From NCBI GenBank assembly GCA_965213625.1, contig CBDBZU010000004.1:448001-512000 (forward strand): a DNA stretch of 64,000 nt, read 5' to 3'. A model generated the notes under the pieces. It saw nothing but the letters and a program-made list of their open reading frames with translations, had not been told where the DNA came from and searched no databases. This document shows positions 1 to 10,899 of this stretch, piece after piece. How positions within the stretch are numbered: the stretch's first letter is position 1; each line of letters starts with the position of its first letter. The position numbers and the translations under genes are program-made. The stretch comes from a bacterium. GTDB taxonomy: Bacteria; UBA8248.

Positions 1-155
1 ACCCTGTCCAGTACCCAGTCGGAGAATTCCTTGTTGTTCTCCAAAATCCCGAGAACCGCGCCTTCCAGCGTCTCCGGTCTGGGCTTTAAGGCCTCATCCG
101 GTATTCTAGGGATACCGGCGGGGGAGATGATATCGGTGAATATCTCATCATTCAT
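1..155 (-). CDS. Partial (3' end outside window) UGSC-family thioredoxin-like protein
   Basis: Manual translation MNDEIFTDIISPAGIPRIPDEALKPRPETLEGAVLGILENNKEFSDWVLDRV with GGGAG RBS; PRPxxLxGxxxGxLxNxK pattern recalls UGSC-family N-termini. Confidence 0.6.
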   Translation of the reverse strand, partial: MNDEIFTDIISPAGIPRIPDEALKPRPETLEGAVLGILENNKEFSDWVLDR

Positions 156-177
156 CGGATTCTCCCGGACCGGCCCT

Positions 178-984
178 TTAACTGCCCGTGAAGACGGGCT
201 TTCTCTTCTCCATGAACGCCGTGCGGCCTTCTTTGTAGTCCGCGCTGTCGAAGCATTCTTTCGAGATCTTGGCGATCATCTCGAAATCGCGGTCCGCCCC
301 GTCTTTCACCACCTCGCCGATGGTGAGCTTGGACGCCTTGACCGAGAGCGGCGCGTTGCTCGCGATAGTGGAGGCCATGTCCACCACGTAGTTTTCCAAC
401 TGGTCCACCGGCACGACCTCGTTCAACAGCCCGATTTCGAGGGCTTTCGCCGCCGGGATACGCCGGGCGGTGAAGAGTATCTCCTTCGCCTTCGCTGGCC
501 CCACCAAATCGACGAGCTGTTTCAGGTTGTCGAAGCCATAGGCGATGCCCAGACGCCCGGCGGGAATGCCGAACTGCGAATCGTCCGACGCGATGCGGAT
601 GTCTGCGTTCAGCGCGATTCCAAGGCCGCCGCCCAGGCAATAGCCCTGGATCATGGCGATCAGGGGCTTTTTCATCCCCACCATGATCTCTTTGGCTTCC
701 TCGGAAATCCGCGTGTACTCGGCGGCCTGCTCGGCGTTGCTCCTGTTTTTCGCGAACTGCGAGATGTCCGCGCCCGAGACGAACGCCTTATCGCCCGCGC
801 CCTTCATCACCACCACGCGGATGGCGTCGTCCGCCTCGTAAGAGCCCAGTATCTCGGCGATGGCCCCCCACATCTCGAGCGAGAGCGCGTTTCTCCGCTC
901 GGGGTTGTTGAAGATCATCCAGCCGATGCCGCCGTCCACCTCGAAAGCCATCTTCTCCGTCGATAACTGCATTCCATGCTCCAT
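178..984 (-). CDS. Enoyl-CoA hydratase/crotonase family protein
   Basis: NNPERRNAL, AFVSGADI, GYCLGGG crotonase motifs. Confidence 0.93.
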   Translation of the reverse strand: MEHGMQLSTEKMAFEVDGGIGWMIFNNPERRNALSLEMWGAIAEILGSYEADDAIRVVVMKGAGDKAFVSGADISQFAKNRSNAEQAAEYTRISEEAKEIMVGMKKPLIAMIQGYCLGGGLGIALNADIRIASDDSQFGIPAGRLGIAYGFDNLKQLVDLVGPAKAKEILFTARRIPAAKALEIGLLNEVVPVDQLENYVVDMASTIASNAPLSVKASKLTIGEVVKDGADRDFEMIAKISKECFDSADYKEGRTAFMEKRKPVFTGS

Positions 985-1016
985 ACGCTGCGCCCCCAGA
1001 GGGGGCAGGATAGTTT

Positions 1017-2204
1017 TCAGACGATGCCCGCATCGCGTAATTGACTTATCACGTCCGCATCGTAGCCCATTTGATTCAAAATCTCTTCCGTATGCTCGCC
1101 CACCTCAGGCGTCGAGTTGCGCATTTTCTGCGGCGTTCGCGTGAGCTTCACCGCCTGGCCCACAATCTTGATGGGCCCTTTTTCGGGATGTTCGACCTCG
1201 GGCGACATGTTCAGCCCCTTGACCTGGGGGTCGGCGAACGTCTTGTCCACCGTGTAGATAGGCCCGCAGGGGATTCCCGCCTCGTTCAGTATCTCAATCC
1301 ACTCCGCGCCCGGCTTCGTCCGCGTCCGGCGCGCGATGCTCTCGTGCAGGGTCTCTTTGTTCTCGAATCGCTTGGGTACGCTCCCATAGTCCGGATTCTC
1401 GAGGAGTTCGGGCATTTCGAGAGCATGCACGAGGCGCTTCCAGAGATGCTGGGGGCCGGACTGGATGATGATCTGCCCGTCCGCGGTCTCGAAAACGCCC
1501 GCCGGCAAAAAGGTGGGGTGGTTGTTCCCCTGCTGGGTGGGCACGTCATCGAAACGCAGATACCGGGCGGCCTGGAAGTCCATCATCTGAATCTGGGCCT
1601 CGAGCAGAGAGGTGTGCACCCATTGCCCCTCGCCCGAAATTTCGCGCTCGAGCAGGGCGATGAGAAGCCCCTGCGCGAGCATGAAGCCAGCCGAGAGGTC
1701 GGCGAGCGGAATGCCCACCCGCATGGGGCCGTCTCCCGGCTTGCCGGTGACGGACATGAGGCCGCTCAACCCCTGGGCCGTCATGTCCAGCCCCGGCCGC
1801 TTCCGGTAAGGCCCCTCCTGCCCGAAACCGGAGATGCTCCCGTAGACGATGCGCGGGTTCACCGCGCGACACGCCTCGTAATCCACACCCAGGCGGTGCT
1901 TCACGTCGGGCCGGTAGTTCTCGATGACGACGTCGGCGTCCTTCACCATTTGAAAGAATATCTCGCGGCCCTGCTCCTCGCGCAGGTTGAGCGTCATGCC
2001 TCTTTTGTTGCGGTGTAAGTTCTGCGCCTCATAGCCGTGCCGGGGCTGGGCCATGTTGTCCGAAAAACCGCTCGCGGGAGGCGCTTCTATCTTGATGACG
2101 TCCGCCCCCCAGTCCGCGAACTGCCGGACCGCCGTGGGGCCTGCGCGCGCGCGGGTGAGATCCAGGACCTTGAAGCGGGAAAGAGGTAGAGAATGATTCT
2201 GCAC
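1017..2204 (-). CDS. CaiB/BaiF family (class III) CoA transferase
   Basis: VLDLTRARAGP, GADVIKIE, ENYRP, G(x)D, ADLSAG motifs. Confidence 0.93.
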   Translation of the reverse strand: MQNHSLPLSRFKVLDLTRARAGPTAVRQFADWGADVIKIEAPPASGFSDNMAQPRHGYEAQNLHRNKRGMTLNLREEQGREIFFQMVKDADVVIENYRPDVKHRLGVDYEACRAVNPRIVYGSISGFGQEGPYRKRPGLDMTAQGLSGLMSVTGKPGDGPMRVGIPLADLSAGFMLAQGLLIALLEREISGEGQWVHTSLLEAQIQMMDFQAARYLRFDDVPTQQGNNHPTFLPAGVFETADGQIIIQSGPQHLWKRLVHALEMPELLENPDYGSVPKRFENKETLHESIARRTRTKPGAEWIEILNEAGIPCGPIYTVDKTFADPQVKGLNMSPEVEHPEKGPIKIVGQAVKLTRTPQKMRNSTPEVGEHTEEILNQMGYDADVISQLRDAGIV

Positions 2205-2374
2205 GAACGCGCTCCTGTGTAAAAATTGCAGCGATTCAAGAATGAGGGAGATTCATCGGCCCATAAGGTAGCAGAATCTATCGGGTTTGCGCAGTGCGGG
2301 AGGGGTGAATTTTACGATTACAGAGCACGGTTCCTCGCTCGTCGCGAAAGGGGCGTCACGGAAGATGTTTTTTC

Positions 2375-2451
<77 letters not shown>

Positions 2452-2539
2452 ATGAGGCCGCAAGACTACCACAACCCAATCTCGCACTGGAACCTGGGGG
2501 ACCATCAGAAATGAAGCCGGGCCGAGAGGCCCGAGTGGG

Positions 2540-4789
2540 TCAGGCGGGCGCCGGCTGCGGCGTTTGCCCTTTACGCCTGGTGTGCTGATACCAGTACAAG
2601 GCGGCGAAAATCGCCACCGCGATGAGCTGCACGACGGGGCGCGGCCCGCTCGTGAAATCCGTGATGAGCGAGGGCCTGAACGCTGCGATGCACACTACCA
2701 TCAACACTGCCCGCTCGCCCCAATTGCAATTATCGGCGAAATAGCCCTGAAGCGCCGACGCGAAGGCGAACATCGCCACAAGGGAGACGAAGCACACCCA
2801 GGCGATTTTCATCACGTCGTTGATCCAGATGATCTCGCCCTTGGGGCCGACGCCCTGCATCATCAGGAGTTCCAGGTTAAAGATGAAGACGAACGGCAGT
2901 ACGGCGGTCCGCAAATCGTAGACGAAGCCCTGTACACCCGTCTGGATGGGGTCGGACTTGGCTATCGCAGAGGCGGCGAACGCAGCGAGACCCACGGGCG
3001 GCGTGTCGTCGGCCAGGATGCCGAAGTAAAAGACGAACAGATGGGCCGCGAGCAACGGCACCACGAGGCCCGCCTTCCCGCCCAGGCTCACGATGACGGG
3101 CGCGGTGAGCGTCGCCATGACGATGTAGTTCGCCGTCGTGGGCAGGCCCATCCCCAGGATGAGCGAGCACAACGCGGTGAGCAGGAGCATGAGCACCACG
3201 TTGCCGAGAGAGATGATTTCAATCAATTCAATGAAGCGGCCGCTCAGCCCCGTGAGCGTCACGGTGCCGACGATGATGCCCGCCGCAGCCGTCGCCACGC
3301 CGATGCCCATCATGTTCTTGGCCCCGGCCATCATCCCCTGCCACACATCGCCGAAGCTCTGGCCGAAGCCGGAGAGCACCCCGTGCCAGAGGCGATCCTC
3401 CAACTCCTTGAAATGCGCCTCGCCGAACAACTCCCGCAGGTGGGCGACGCCCTTCTCTCGTTTCATATCGCCAAGGACGGCGATGGTGTTTTGCATGGGA
3501 CGCTGGACGACGATGATAGCCATGGTCAGGAGAATCGCGTTGAAGGCCGACGCCACGGCCGACATGCGCAGGATGACGAGCGTGTAGATCAGCGCCAGTA
3601 TGGGAACGACGTAGTGGATGCCGCTGATGAGCGTGTTCCAGAACGAGGGCAGCTCATCCTCTCTCAGCGGCCTCAGGTTGAGCTTGAGCGCTTCCAGATG
3701 AACGACGTAGAACAGAGCGATATAAGACAGCAGGGCCGGCAATATCGCGGCGCGCACCACGTCGAGATAGGCCAGACCCAGAAATTCCGCCATGATGAAA
3801 GCGGCGGCGCCCATCACCGGCGGCATGAGCTGTCCGTTCGTGCTCGCGCCCACCTCCACGGCGCCCGCCTTGTAGGCGGGAAGACCCACTTTTTTCATCA
3901 GCGGAATCGTGAAGGTCCCCGTCGTCGCCACGTTCGCGATGGAAGAACCCGAGACAAGGCCCGTCATGCCCGAGGCGACCACCGCCGCCTTGGCGGGTCC
4001 GCCCCGGAAACGGCCCAGCGCCGCGAAGGCCACCTGCACGAAATAGTTCGCAGCCCCCGCCTTGTCGAGCAGGGAGCCGAACAGCACGAAGAGGAACACG
4101 AAACTCGTCGACACCCCGATGGGTACGCCCCAGATGCCGCTGTCGCTCAGGTACATGTGGTCCACGACGAATTCGAGCGGAACGCCCGGATGCGCGATAA
4201 ACGAGGGCATGTACGGTCCCGCGAAGCAATAGAGCAAAAACAAGATGGCGAGAATCGGCAGCGCGGGCCCGAGCGCTCGGCGCGCGGCCTCCAGAAGCAG
4301 AAGGACGAGAATCGCCCCCACAAAGACGTCGCGCTGGATGGGAAGCCCCGAGCGCTGGATGATGTTCGCGTAGTCCCAGGCCATGTAGAGCGCGCCCATT
4401 CCTGCGAGGACCGCGAGCGTGTAGTCGTACCAAGGGATGACCTCCCGCGTGGGACGCTGGGGCCGCAAGAAGCCGGGGAAAAGCTGGAGCGATACGCGCT
4501 GCACCCAGCCCTCGCCTGGTTTTTTCGTCCCCGGGAAGGCGAGATAGACCATCGTGATGGCGAAGGTGAGATGGATGCTTCTGGCGATGATGGAGTTAAG
4601 TGGTGTGTAGGCGATGTAGAGTTGAAAACAGGACCAGGATATAGCCAGAACCGATACGAGCCAAGCCGTGAGGTTCTTGGGCTGCCTTCCGCCTGATTCC
4701 GCTTCGGCGGCGATTTCCTCCGCCGCCTTCTTCGATTCCTCGTCTATCCCTGCGCTTAAGGCGTCTGCGGAATCACCCGGCTCGCTCAT
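2540..4789 (-). CDS. TAXI-type TRAP transporter fused 4TM/12TM permease
   Basis: Highly hydrophobic; GGPAKAAVV, GQLMPPVMGAAAF, ADDTPPVGLAAFAA motifs. Confidence 0.92.
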   Translation of the reverse strand: MSEPGDSADALSAGIDEESKKAAEEIAAEAESGGRQPKNLTAWLVSVLAISWSCFQLYIAYTPLNSIIARSIHLTFAITMVYLAFPGTKKPGEGWVQRVSLQLFPGFLRPQRPTREVIPWYDYTLAVLAGMGALYMAWDYANIIQRSGLPIQRDVFVGAILVLLLLEAARRALGPALPILAILFLLYCFAGPYMPSFIAHPGVPLEFVVDHMYLSDSGIWGVPIGVSTSFVFLFVLFGSLLDKAGAANYFVQVAFAALGRFRGGPAKAAVVASGMTGLVSGSSIANVATTGTFTIPLMKKVGLPAYKAGAVEVGASTNGQLMPPVMGAAAFIMAEFLGLAYLDVVRAAILPALLSYIALFYVVHLEALKLNLRPLREDELPSFWNTLISGIHYVVPILALIYTLVILRMSAVASAFNAILLTMAIIVVQRPMQNTIAVLGDMKREKGVAHLRELFGEAHFKELEDRLWHGVLSGFGQSFGDVWQGMMAGAKNMMGIGVATAAAGIIVGTVTLTGLSGRFIELIEIISLGNVVLMLLLTALCSLILGMGLPTTANYIVMATLTAPVIVSLGGKAGLVVPLLAAHLFVFYFGILADDTPPVGLAAFAASAIAKSDPIQTGVQGFVYDLRTAVLPFVFIFNLELLMMQGVGPKGEIIWINDVMKIAWVCFVSLVAMFAFASALQGYFADNCNWGERAVLMVVCIAAFRPSLITDFTSGPRPVVQLIAVAIFAALYWYQHTRRKGQTPQPAPA

Positions 4790-4901
4790 TCATTCGCCCC
4801 TCAAACGATAACCCCATCTCGTGAAAGACTGGTCCTCGAATCACCACACGAAGCCGGAGGGCGCTCGGCCCCCCGGCCCATGCGGTGGAAGTTCGTCCGA
4901 A

Positions 4902-5882
4902 CTACTTCTTCATCTTCTTCATCAAGCCTGTTTCTTCGTAATAACGCACGGCGCCCGGATGGAAGGGAGCCGAGAGGCCGCCGAGCATTTCTTTCTTCGT
5001 CAGGTATTTGAACGCCGCGTGCGTTTTCTGGAAATCACCGAGGTTATCGAAGATGGTCTTCACGACGTTGTAGACCACGTCGTTCGGCTGGTTTTTACCG
5101 GTCACGAAGGTGGCCTTCACCGCGTAGGTCGGCACGTTCTTGTCGACGCCCTTGTAGATGCCGCCCGGAATGTTCGTCATCACGTAGTAGGGCTTGCCGG
5201 CCACAAGCTTCTGGATGCCCATGGAGTTCACGGGAATCATGCGGATCGCCGTGCTGTTGGAGATCTCGAGACCGCCGCCCCAGGGGTTGCCGACGGTGTA
5301 GAAGAACGCGTCGATCTTCTTGTCCACCAAGGCGCGGCTCGCCCCGCCCTGCTGCAGGCCTTCGGCCTTGATGTCCTTGTTCATGTCGATGCCGTAGATT
5401 TTCAGGATGTCCGTCGCGTTTCCGCGTTGGCCGGAGCCGGGGTTGCCGATGTTGACCCGGCGTCCCTTGAGATCCGACACCTTCATGATGCCCGAATCAG
5501 CGCGCGCGACGAGCATGATGGTTTCCGGGTGAACGCTGAAGACGCTGCGCAGGCCCTTGAAGGCTTTGCCCTTCCAGTCGGCCGAGCCGTTATACGCCTG
5601 CCAGTTCCTGTCGGACTGGGCGACGCCGAAGTTCAGCAGACCGCGTTTGATGGCGTTGATGTTGAACACCGAACCCAGCGCGGGACGGCCAATGCAGTTG
5701 TAGCCCTTGCCCTTCAGGTTCTTGTTCACCAGCTTGCAGACGTTGAGAGCGACCTGGTAGTACACGCCCGTGGTGGAGCCGCCGCCGACCACGAGGAATT
5801 TCGCGGCGCTCGCGGGAACCGCAACGCCCGCGATCGTAACCGCCGCTACGAAAGCGATGAGGAATTTCATTACTTTTTTCAT
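4902..5882 (-). CDS. TAXI family TRAP solute-binding protein
   Basis: Signal peptide from MKKVMK with AGGAG RBS; GGSTTGVYY, GSVFN, NIGNPGSG, PFHPGA. Confidence 0.92.
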   Translation of the reverse strand: MKKVMKFLIAFVAAVTIAGVAVPASAAKFLVVGGGSTTGVYYQVALNVCKLVNKNLKGKGYNCIGRPALGSVFNINAIKRGLLNFGVAQSDRNWQAYNGSADWKGKAFKGLRSVFSVHPETIMLVARADSGIMKVSDLKGRRVNIGNPGSGQRGNATDILKIYGIDMNKDIKAEGLQQGGASRALVDKKIDAFFYTVGNPWGGGLEISNSTAIRMIPVNSMGIQKLVAGKPYYVMTNIPGGIYKGVDKNVPTYAVKATFVTGKNQPNDVVYNVVKTIFDNLGDFQKTHAAFKYLTKKEMLGGLSAPFHPGAVRYYEETGLMKKMKK

Positions 5883-6188
5883 CGTGTATTCTCCTTGAGT
5901 TGGGTGAGGGGGACAATTGACCTGCCAAAAATTTCTGATGAGCGTTTCCTCTGTATATACGGCATCCACGCCTGTTCCTCGTGAACAGCGCATTCTACGG
6001 AAAACCTGTCTTTGTCGGCCTTTACCGACGCTTTATACTCGGGATGATCGCCTAATTGAAGGATAATGAGCGGAAAACCCGATGTCAACAAGAAACTATA
6101 CGCCGGGGAGCCATCTCCGTCGCTTTAGGGTATCCTCGTCGCCTGAAAAATTTCTCATCTTTTCTTTTCATGGTTCCGAGGTCGGACA

Positions 6189-7397
6189 ATGAGCCAGACA
6201 ACGTGGGATGTCATCGTCATCGGAGGCGGCATACTCGGCCTTTCCACGGCCATGGAGATCACCCGCCGCCATCCCCGCAAGCGCGTACTCGTCCTCGAGA
6301 AAGAGGCCGAAGTCGGCCGCCACCAGTCACTCCACAACAGCGGCGTGATCCACGCAGGACTCTACTACCGCCCCGGATCGCTCAAGGCGAAGACTTGTGT
6401 GGAAGGCGCGGCCGCCATGGTGCGCTTCGCGCAGGAGCACGGGGTCGACCACGAAATCTGCGGCAAGGTGGTCGTCGCCACTACCGAGGCGGAAATCCCC
6501 CGGCTCGACGAACTCCACCGCCGGGGCGCGGCGAACGGCATCGAGAACATCAAGGTTCTGGGACCCGAGGAACTCCGCGAGTTCGAGCCCCACACCCGTG
6601 GCGTCAAGGCCCTTCGGGTGCCCTCCACGGGCATCATCGACTATGGCGGCGTCGTTCGCACTTACGCCCGCATCGTCACCGAGGCGGGGCAGCGCATTCA
6701 GACCGAAGCGCAAGTCACGGGCATCGCCGTATCGGGAGGAGACAAGCGCGTCGAGACGACGGCGGGGGATTTCGCAGGGAAACTCATCGTCAACTGCGCG
6801 GGGCTTTACGCCGACAGGATAGCCAGGCTCGCCGGCGGAGCGCCGCCGATGAAGATCGTGCCCTTCCGCGGCGAGTATTACGAACTCACGCCAGAGCGAC
6901 GCTCGCTCGTGAAGAGCCTCATCTACCCGGTGCCCGACCCGGCGTTTCCCTTTCTGGGAGTTCACTTCACCCGCCGTGTGGACGGAAGCGTCGAGGCGGG
7001 GCCGAACGCCGTATTGGCCTACATGAGAGAGGGCTACACGAAAACGCGGGTCGACCCCTACGATCTCTTCGAGACCCTCACCTATCCCGGCTTCCTCAAG
7101 CTGGCCCTCAAATACTGGAAGACGGGACTGGGCGAGATGATCCGCTCGGTCAGCAAGTCCGCATTCACGCGGGCGCTGCAAAAGCTCATGCCCGAGATAC
7201 GGGAATCGGACCTGGTGCCCGCAGGCGCGGGCGTTCGCGCGCAGGCGGTGGACCGCGAAGGCGGCCTGTTGGATGATTTCTCCATCATCCGGACCGAGGG
7301 CGCCGTCCACGTGTGCAACGCTCCCTCGCCGGGGGCTACGGCGTCGCTGATGATAGGGCGCGCCATCGCCGACATGGCGGATGAGATGGCGGGCTGA
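6189..7397 (+). CDS. lhgO: L-2-hydroxyglutarate oxidase/dehydrogenase
   Basis: GGGILG FAD motif, HNSGVIHAGLYY, PFLGVHFT, GVRAQA, NAPSPGATASL. Confidence 0.88.
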   Translation: MSQTTWDVIVIGGGILGLSTAMEITRRHPRKRVLVLEKEAEVGRHQSLHNSGVIHAGLYYRPGSLKAKTCVEGAAAMVRFAQEHGVDHEICGKVVVATTEAEIPRLDELHRRGAANGIENIKVLGPEELREFEPHTRGVKALRVPSTGIIDYGGVVRTYARIVTEAGQRIQTEAQVTGIAVSGGDKRVETTAGDFAGKLIVNCAGLYADRIARLAGGAPPMKIVPFRGEYYELTPERRSLVKSLIYPVPDPAFPFLGVHFTRRVDGSVEAGPNAVLAYMREGYTKTRVDPYDLFETLTYPGFLKLALKYWKTGLGEMIRSVSKSAFTRALQKLMPEIRESDLVPAGAGVRAQAVDREGGLLDDFSIIRTEGAVHVCNAPSPGATASLMIGRAIADMADEMAG

Positions 7398-7439
7398 GCG
7401 CAGCCGGGTACCAGCATTCTCCAGAGTTTTGGGTCTTGG

Positions 7440-7458
7440 GTAGGGACACTGTCCCTAC
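7440..7458. repeat. Short GTAG-type REP-like palindrome
   Basis: GTAGGGACA-C-TGTCCCTAC, an internally shortened version of the copies at 23404 and 30890. Confidence 0.7.
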
Positions 7459-7542
7459 AGATCGGTTAGTCGGTTAGAAGAAGCTGGTGGTCCGCTGGAA
7501 TGTCGTCGGCCCAGACACACATTTCAGCGAAATAACTCCTCC

Positions 7543-8220
7543 TCACTCCCCGGGCCGGTACGCGCTCTCGGGAGGGTCAGGCCCCCGCCAGGGTCCAATG
7601 AGCTTCCCGCCCCGGTAGGCCGCCTCGCAGGGGCCGTCCGGCGTCAAGACCACGAGGGGTCTCTTTCTTCGGCTCATCATATGGCGGTAACGCCTGCTTT
7701 GCGCGATGTAGAGTTCGCGCTCGGAGGGCAGCAGTTCGAACAAGCGTTTGTAGAAGCGCAGGAATTCACCAACAAACTTCTTCGTCGCGATGCGGTGGCG
7801 ATCCACAAGGTAGCATTTCCCCTCCAGCACCCGGTTGTAGATCAGACCCAGGAGATTCTCCTCGCCATCGAAATAGGGTTCATAGGGAAACGTGCGGCAC
7901 GAGACGGAGCGGTTCTCCCGCTCGCAATGCGTGAAACCACGGCACTCGATGAAAACGCTCTGCTCCGCATCGACTTCTTCGACCATTGCAAGTTCAGAAG
8001 ACGTGCGCGGTCTGAACTCATGCCAGAGACGCGTACGCGATTCGAGATACTCCCATTCCTCATGGGAGGCGACGGGAACCACCCAGCCCGAATCGCAGCA
8101 AAAAGGCACTCCCTCGTTGTAGGGCGCGCACTTCTTCCCGCAGTCGAACCGCGCCGGCGGACTTGCAAAGTCCGCGTAGAGCGTCTCGAAATCTTCTGGC
8201 TGCAATTTCGCCGTCTTCAT
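7543..8220 (-). CDS. Cys-rich hypothetical protein, possible Fe-S/Zn binding (YkgJ-like)
   Basis: DCGKKC, FCC, ECRGFTHC, R(x)SCRTFP cysteine pattern. Confidence 0.6.
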   Translation of the reverse strand: MKTAKLQPEDFETLYADFASPPARFDCGKKCAPYNEGVPFCCDSGWVVPVASHEEWEYLESRTRLWHEFRPRTSSELAMVEEVDAEQSVFIECRGFTHCERENRSVSCRTFPYEPYFDGEENLLGLIYNRVLEGKCYLVDRHRIATKKFVGEFLRFYKRLFELLPSERELYIAQSRRYRHMMSRRKRPLVVLTPDGPCEAAYRGGKLIGPWRGPDPPESAYRPGE

Positions 8221-8229
8221 CTTTTCCCT

Positions 8230-9789
8230 CTATGCCTCATCTGCTCCGCCCGCGCTTTCAGGCGTATGCGCCGTGCGCGTTCGGGGCGGTGCGGCAGCCA
8301 GGGCCCGTGATATGGCGATGGCTCCCTGGTGAAAGAGGATGGCGCAATAGTCGACCGCGTCATCGGACATCTCACGGGGGGAATCGAAGTAAAAAGAAGC
8401 CAGCCCGACCACTTTTCCCAGCGCGACCAGAGGAAAGACTACGGCTCCGCCCATCTTTTCGGCTTTGAGCACCTCGGGCGCGCCGTGCCATTCATCGGCA
8501 TAGGGCACTTCGACTATCTCTTTTTCCCTCAGAGCGATCCTCTCCGGCAGACCGGAGTCGGGAGAGGCGATGGCGCTCCGGTAGGCCCCGCCCACGCGCG
8601 AAGAGCACACTTCGAGAAACCGCTCCGTCGCTTCGTCGTACAACGCGGCGTAATATCTTTCGGTCGAGAAAAACCGCGACACCTCCTCCACGACGGTGAG
8701 GATGACATCGCGGAAGTGTGCGCCTTCCGCCACGGATTCACTCGTTCTCAAAATGATGGCGAATTGATCCGAATCGAGTTGCCGACCGGCCGCCGCCTCA
8801 TCCGCCCCGACCTCTCTCGTCCGAGGAGTTGTGGCATCACCCTCCTGGCGGGACTTCAGATAAGAAAACAAGGCGAGCGATGCGAGCCATCCCGCCGCCA
8901 TAACTCCGGCCAGAATCGTCAATCCCGAGCCCGTCCTCGAGCGTTCCGACAGCTGGACGAGGCGCAACCGCCTCATCCCCAAGTAGAATATGGACTGCGA
9001 CATCGAGCGTTTGTTCTCGTTCGCGGCGTTGAACGCGACAGGGTCGCAGCAAACAGCAACGCCGAGGATCGAGGCGAGTTCCGCCTTGAAGGCCCCGGCG
9101 ATACTCTCGGCCAGAAACTCCTCACCCCGCTTGGCGAAGAGAACCTTCTGCTCGGGCTCCGCCAACAGAAAAACGCTCTCTCCGGGGGCTGGCGCGCCCA
9201 CTCGCAAAAGCAGAAGCGATTCCGCCGCAACCACGATACCCCAAAAACCCTTCGTCGAAGGCGAGGGCGCCAGCAGCACCACAACCGGCGCGCCACCCAG
9301 CGTGCTCGATTGAATGTCGAACTTCCTCCTCGGCGGCCCCGCCCCTCCTTCTCGTTTCAACTGGGAAAGAAGCGAACGCCTCGCCCCCGACCAGAGACCT
9401 TTTTCCTCGCCTCCCGGCGGCGGCATATCGCCCACCCTGCGCGAGTCCACGATCTTGCCCTGCTCATCGAGCAACACCGACGCGGCGAGTGATTCTCTCG
9501 ATTCCCCGCCCAGAAGAAAAGAAAGCGCCTTGCCCTCCCTGTTCGCAACGCCCGGAACCGCCGCCATCAGAAGCTCGGCCCCCTGAATCTTCCCGAGCAG
9601 GGAATCGACACGCCCCCGCATCCTGAATTTCAGGTCTTCCAGGCGCCTCGCATCCCGCTCGTCGTGTCGACTCAGGAGTACGCCCTGGACGGCTCGATGG
9701 GCGAAATAGGTCGCACCCGCCGTAAATAGGGCGGTGATGAGCGCAAAAAGCAGCAGAGGGGAAATTGTTTTTGGGGATTTCACATCCAT
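8230..9789 (-). CDS. Membrane protein with extracytoplasmic domain and C-terminal GAF domain
   Basis: Two hydrophobic segments; C-terminal VVFPLVALGKVVGLASFY GAF-like strand; start uncertain. Confidence 0.6.
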   Translation of the reverse strand: MDVKSPKTISPLLLFALITALFTAGATYFAHRAVQGVLLSRHDERDARRLEDLKFRMRGRVDSLLGKIQGAELLMAAVPGVANREGKALSFLLGGESRESLAASVLLDEQGKIVDSRRVGDMPPPGGEEKGLWSGARRSLLSQLKREGGAGPPRRKFDIQSSTLGGAPVVVLLAPSPSTKGFWGIVVAAESLLLLRVGAPAPGESVFLLAEPEQKVLFAKRGEEFLAESIAGAFKAELASILGVAVCCDPVAFNAANENKRSMSQSIFYLGMRRLRLVQLSERSRTGSGLTILAGVMAAGWLASLALFSYLKSRQEGDATTPRTREVGADEAAAGRQLDSDQFAIILRTSESVAEGAHFRDVILTVVEEVSRFFSTERYYAALYDEATERFLEVCSSRVGGAYRSAIASPDSGLPERIALREKEIVEVPYADEWHGAPEVLKAEKMGGAVVFPLVALGKVVGLASFYFDSPREMSDDAVDYCAILFHQGAIAISRALAAAPPRTRTAHTPESAGGADEA

Positions 9790-9879
9790 CACACGTCGGC
9801 CGATGCCCAAGCCGGGCGATACGCCCCGCCTGAGGAAAAGCGATGCGCCCGCAAAACGTCGGGCGACGGTCAGAACCGT

Positions 9880-10899
9880 CTAACCCGCGGGCGCCCCGTT
9901 CGTTTTCGGCCCCACGCCATAGAGTTTTTCCGAGAAGTGACACGCCGCGAAATGACCCGTGCTGATTTCGCGCATCAGCGGCTCCTCCGCCACACACCTG
10001 TCCTCCTTGTAGGGGCATCTCGTATGGAATCGACACCCCGAGGGAGGATTCACGGGACTGGGCACGTCGCCGGTCAGAATCATGCGTTTTTTCTTGAGCG
10101 TCGGGTCCGGAATCGGCACGGCGGATAGCAGCGCCTCGGTATAGGGGTGTTTCGCCTCCATCACCACCTTGTCGGCCGAAGCCATCTCCACGATCTTGCC
10201 CAGATACATGACGGCGATGCGGTCGCTCACATGCTGGACGACGGCCAAATCATGCGCGATAAGCACGAACGCGATTCCGAATTCTTGTTGCAGGTCTTCG
10301 AGCAGGTTGATCACCTGCGCCTGAATCGACACGTCGAGCGCGCTGACGGGCTCGTCCGCAATGATGAGTTTGGGATTGAGCGCCAGGGCGCGGGCGATGC
10401 CGATGCGCTGGCGCTGTCCGCCCGAGAACTCATGCGGATAACGCCGTATATGCTCGGGCCTCAAGCCCACCCGGTGGAGAAGCGAGGCGACTTTTTCCTC
10501 TTTATCCTTTCCTTTTGCGATGCCGTGGATGGTCAGCGGCTCACCGACGATGCTGCCCACCGTCATGCGCGGGTTCAGGGACGCATACGGGTCCTGAAAG
10601 ATGATTTGCATCTCGCGCCGGAGCCTGCGCATCGACTCCCTGTTCAGGGTGCAGACGTCTGTGCCCTGGAAGTTCACCTCGCCCGAAGTCGGCTCGATGA
10701 GGCGCAAGATGGCCCGTCCGGTTGTCGATTTCCCGCAACCGCTCTCCCCGACCAACCCGAGCGTTTCACTCGGCTCCAGATCGAAGCTCACCCCGTCCAC
10801 GGCGCGCACGTAGTTGCGAACCCGGGAGAATACGCCTCCACGCACCGGAAAGTGCTTCACCATATCTTTTACTTCGAGTAGTTTATCGGCCACGGCCAC
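9880..10899 (-). CDS. Oligopeptide/dipeptide ABC transporter ATP-binding subunit (OppF/DppF type)
   Basis: [38 protein letters not shown]. Confidence 0.93.
   Translation of the reverse strand: MAVADKLLEVKDMVKHFPVRGGVFSRVRNYVRAVDGVSFDLEPSETLGLVGESGCGKSTTGRAILRLIEPTSGEVNFQGTDVCTLNRESMRRLRREMQIIFQDPYASLNPRMTVGSIVGEPLTIHGIAKGKDKEEKVASLLHRVGLRPEHIRRYPHEFSGGQRQRIGIARALALNPKLIIADEPVSALDVSIQAQVINLLEDLQQEFGIAFVLIAHDLAVVQHVSDRIAVMYLGKIVEMASADKVVMEAKHPYTEALLSAVPIPDPTLKKKRMILTGDVPSPVNPPSGCRFHTRCPYKEDRCVAEEPLMREISTGHFAACHFSEKLYGVGPKTNGAPAG

Noticed and set aside
2564-4696. 710-aa plus-strand ORF and many similar long antisense ORFs (e.g. 41275-43185, 31743-33332)
   Set aside because: Shadow ORFs opposite well-supported genes in high-GC DNA; no recognisable motifs
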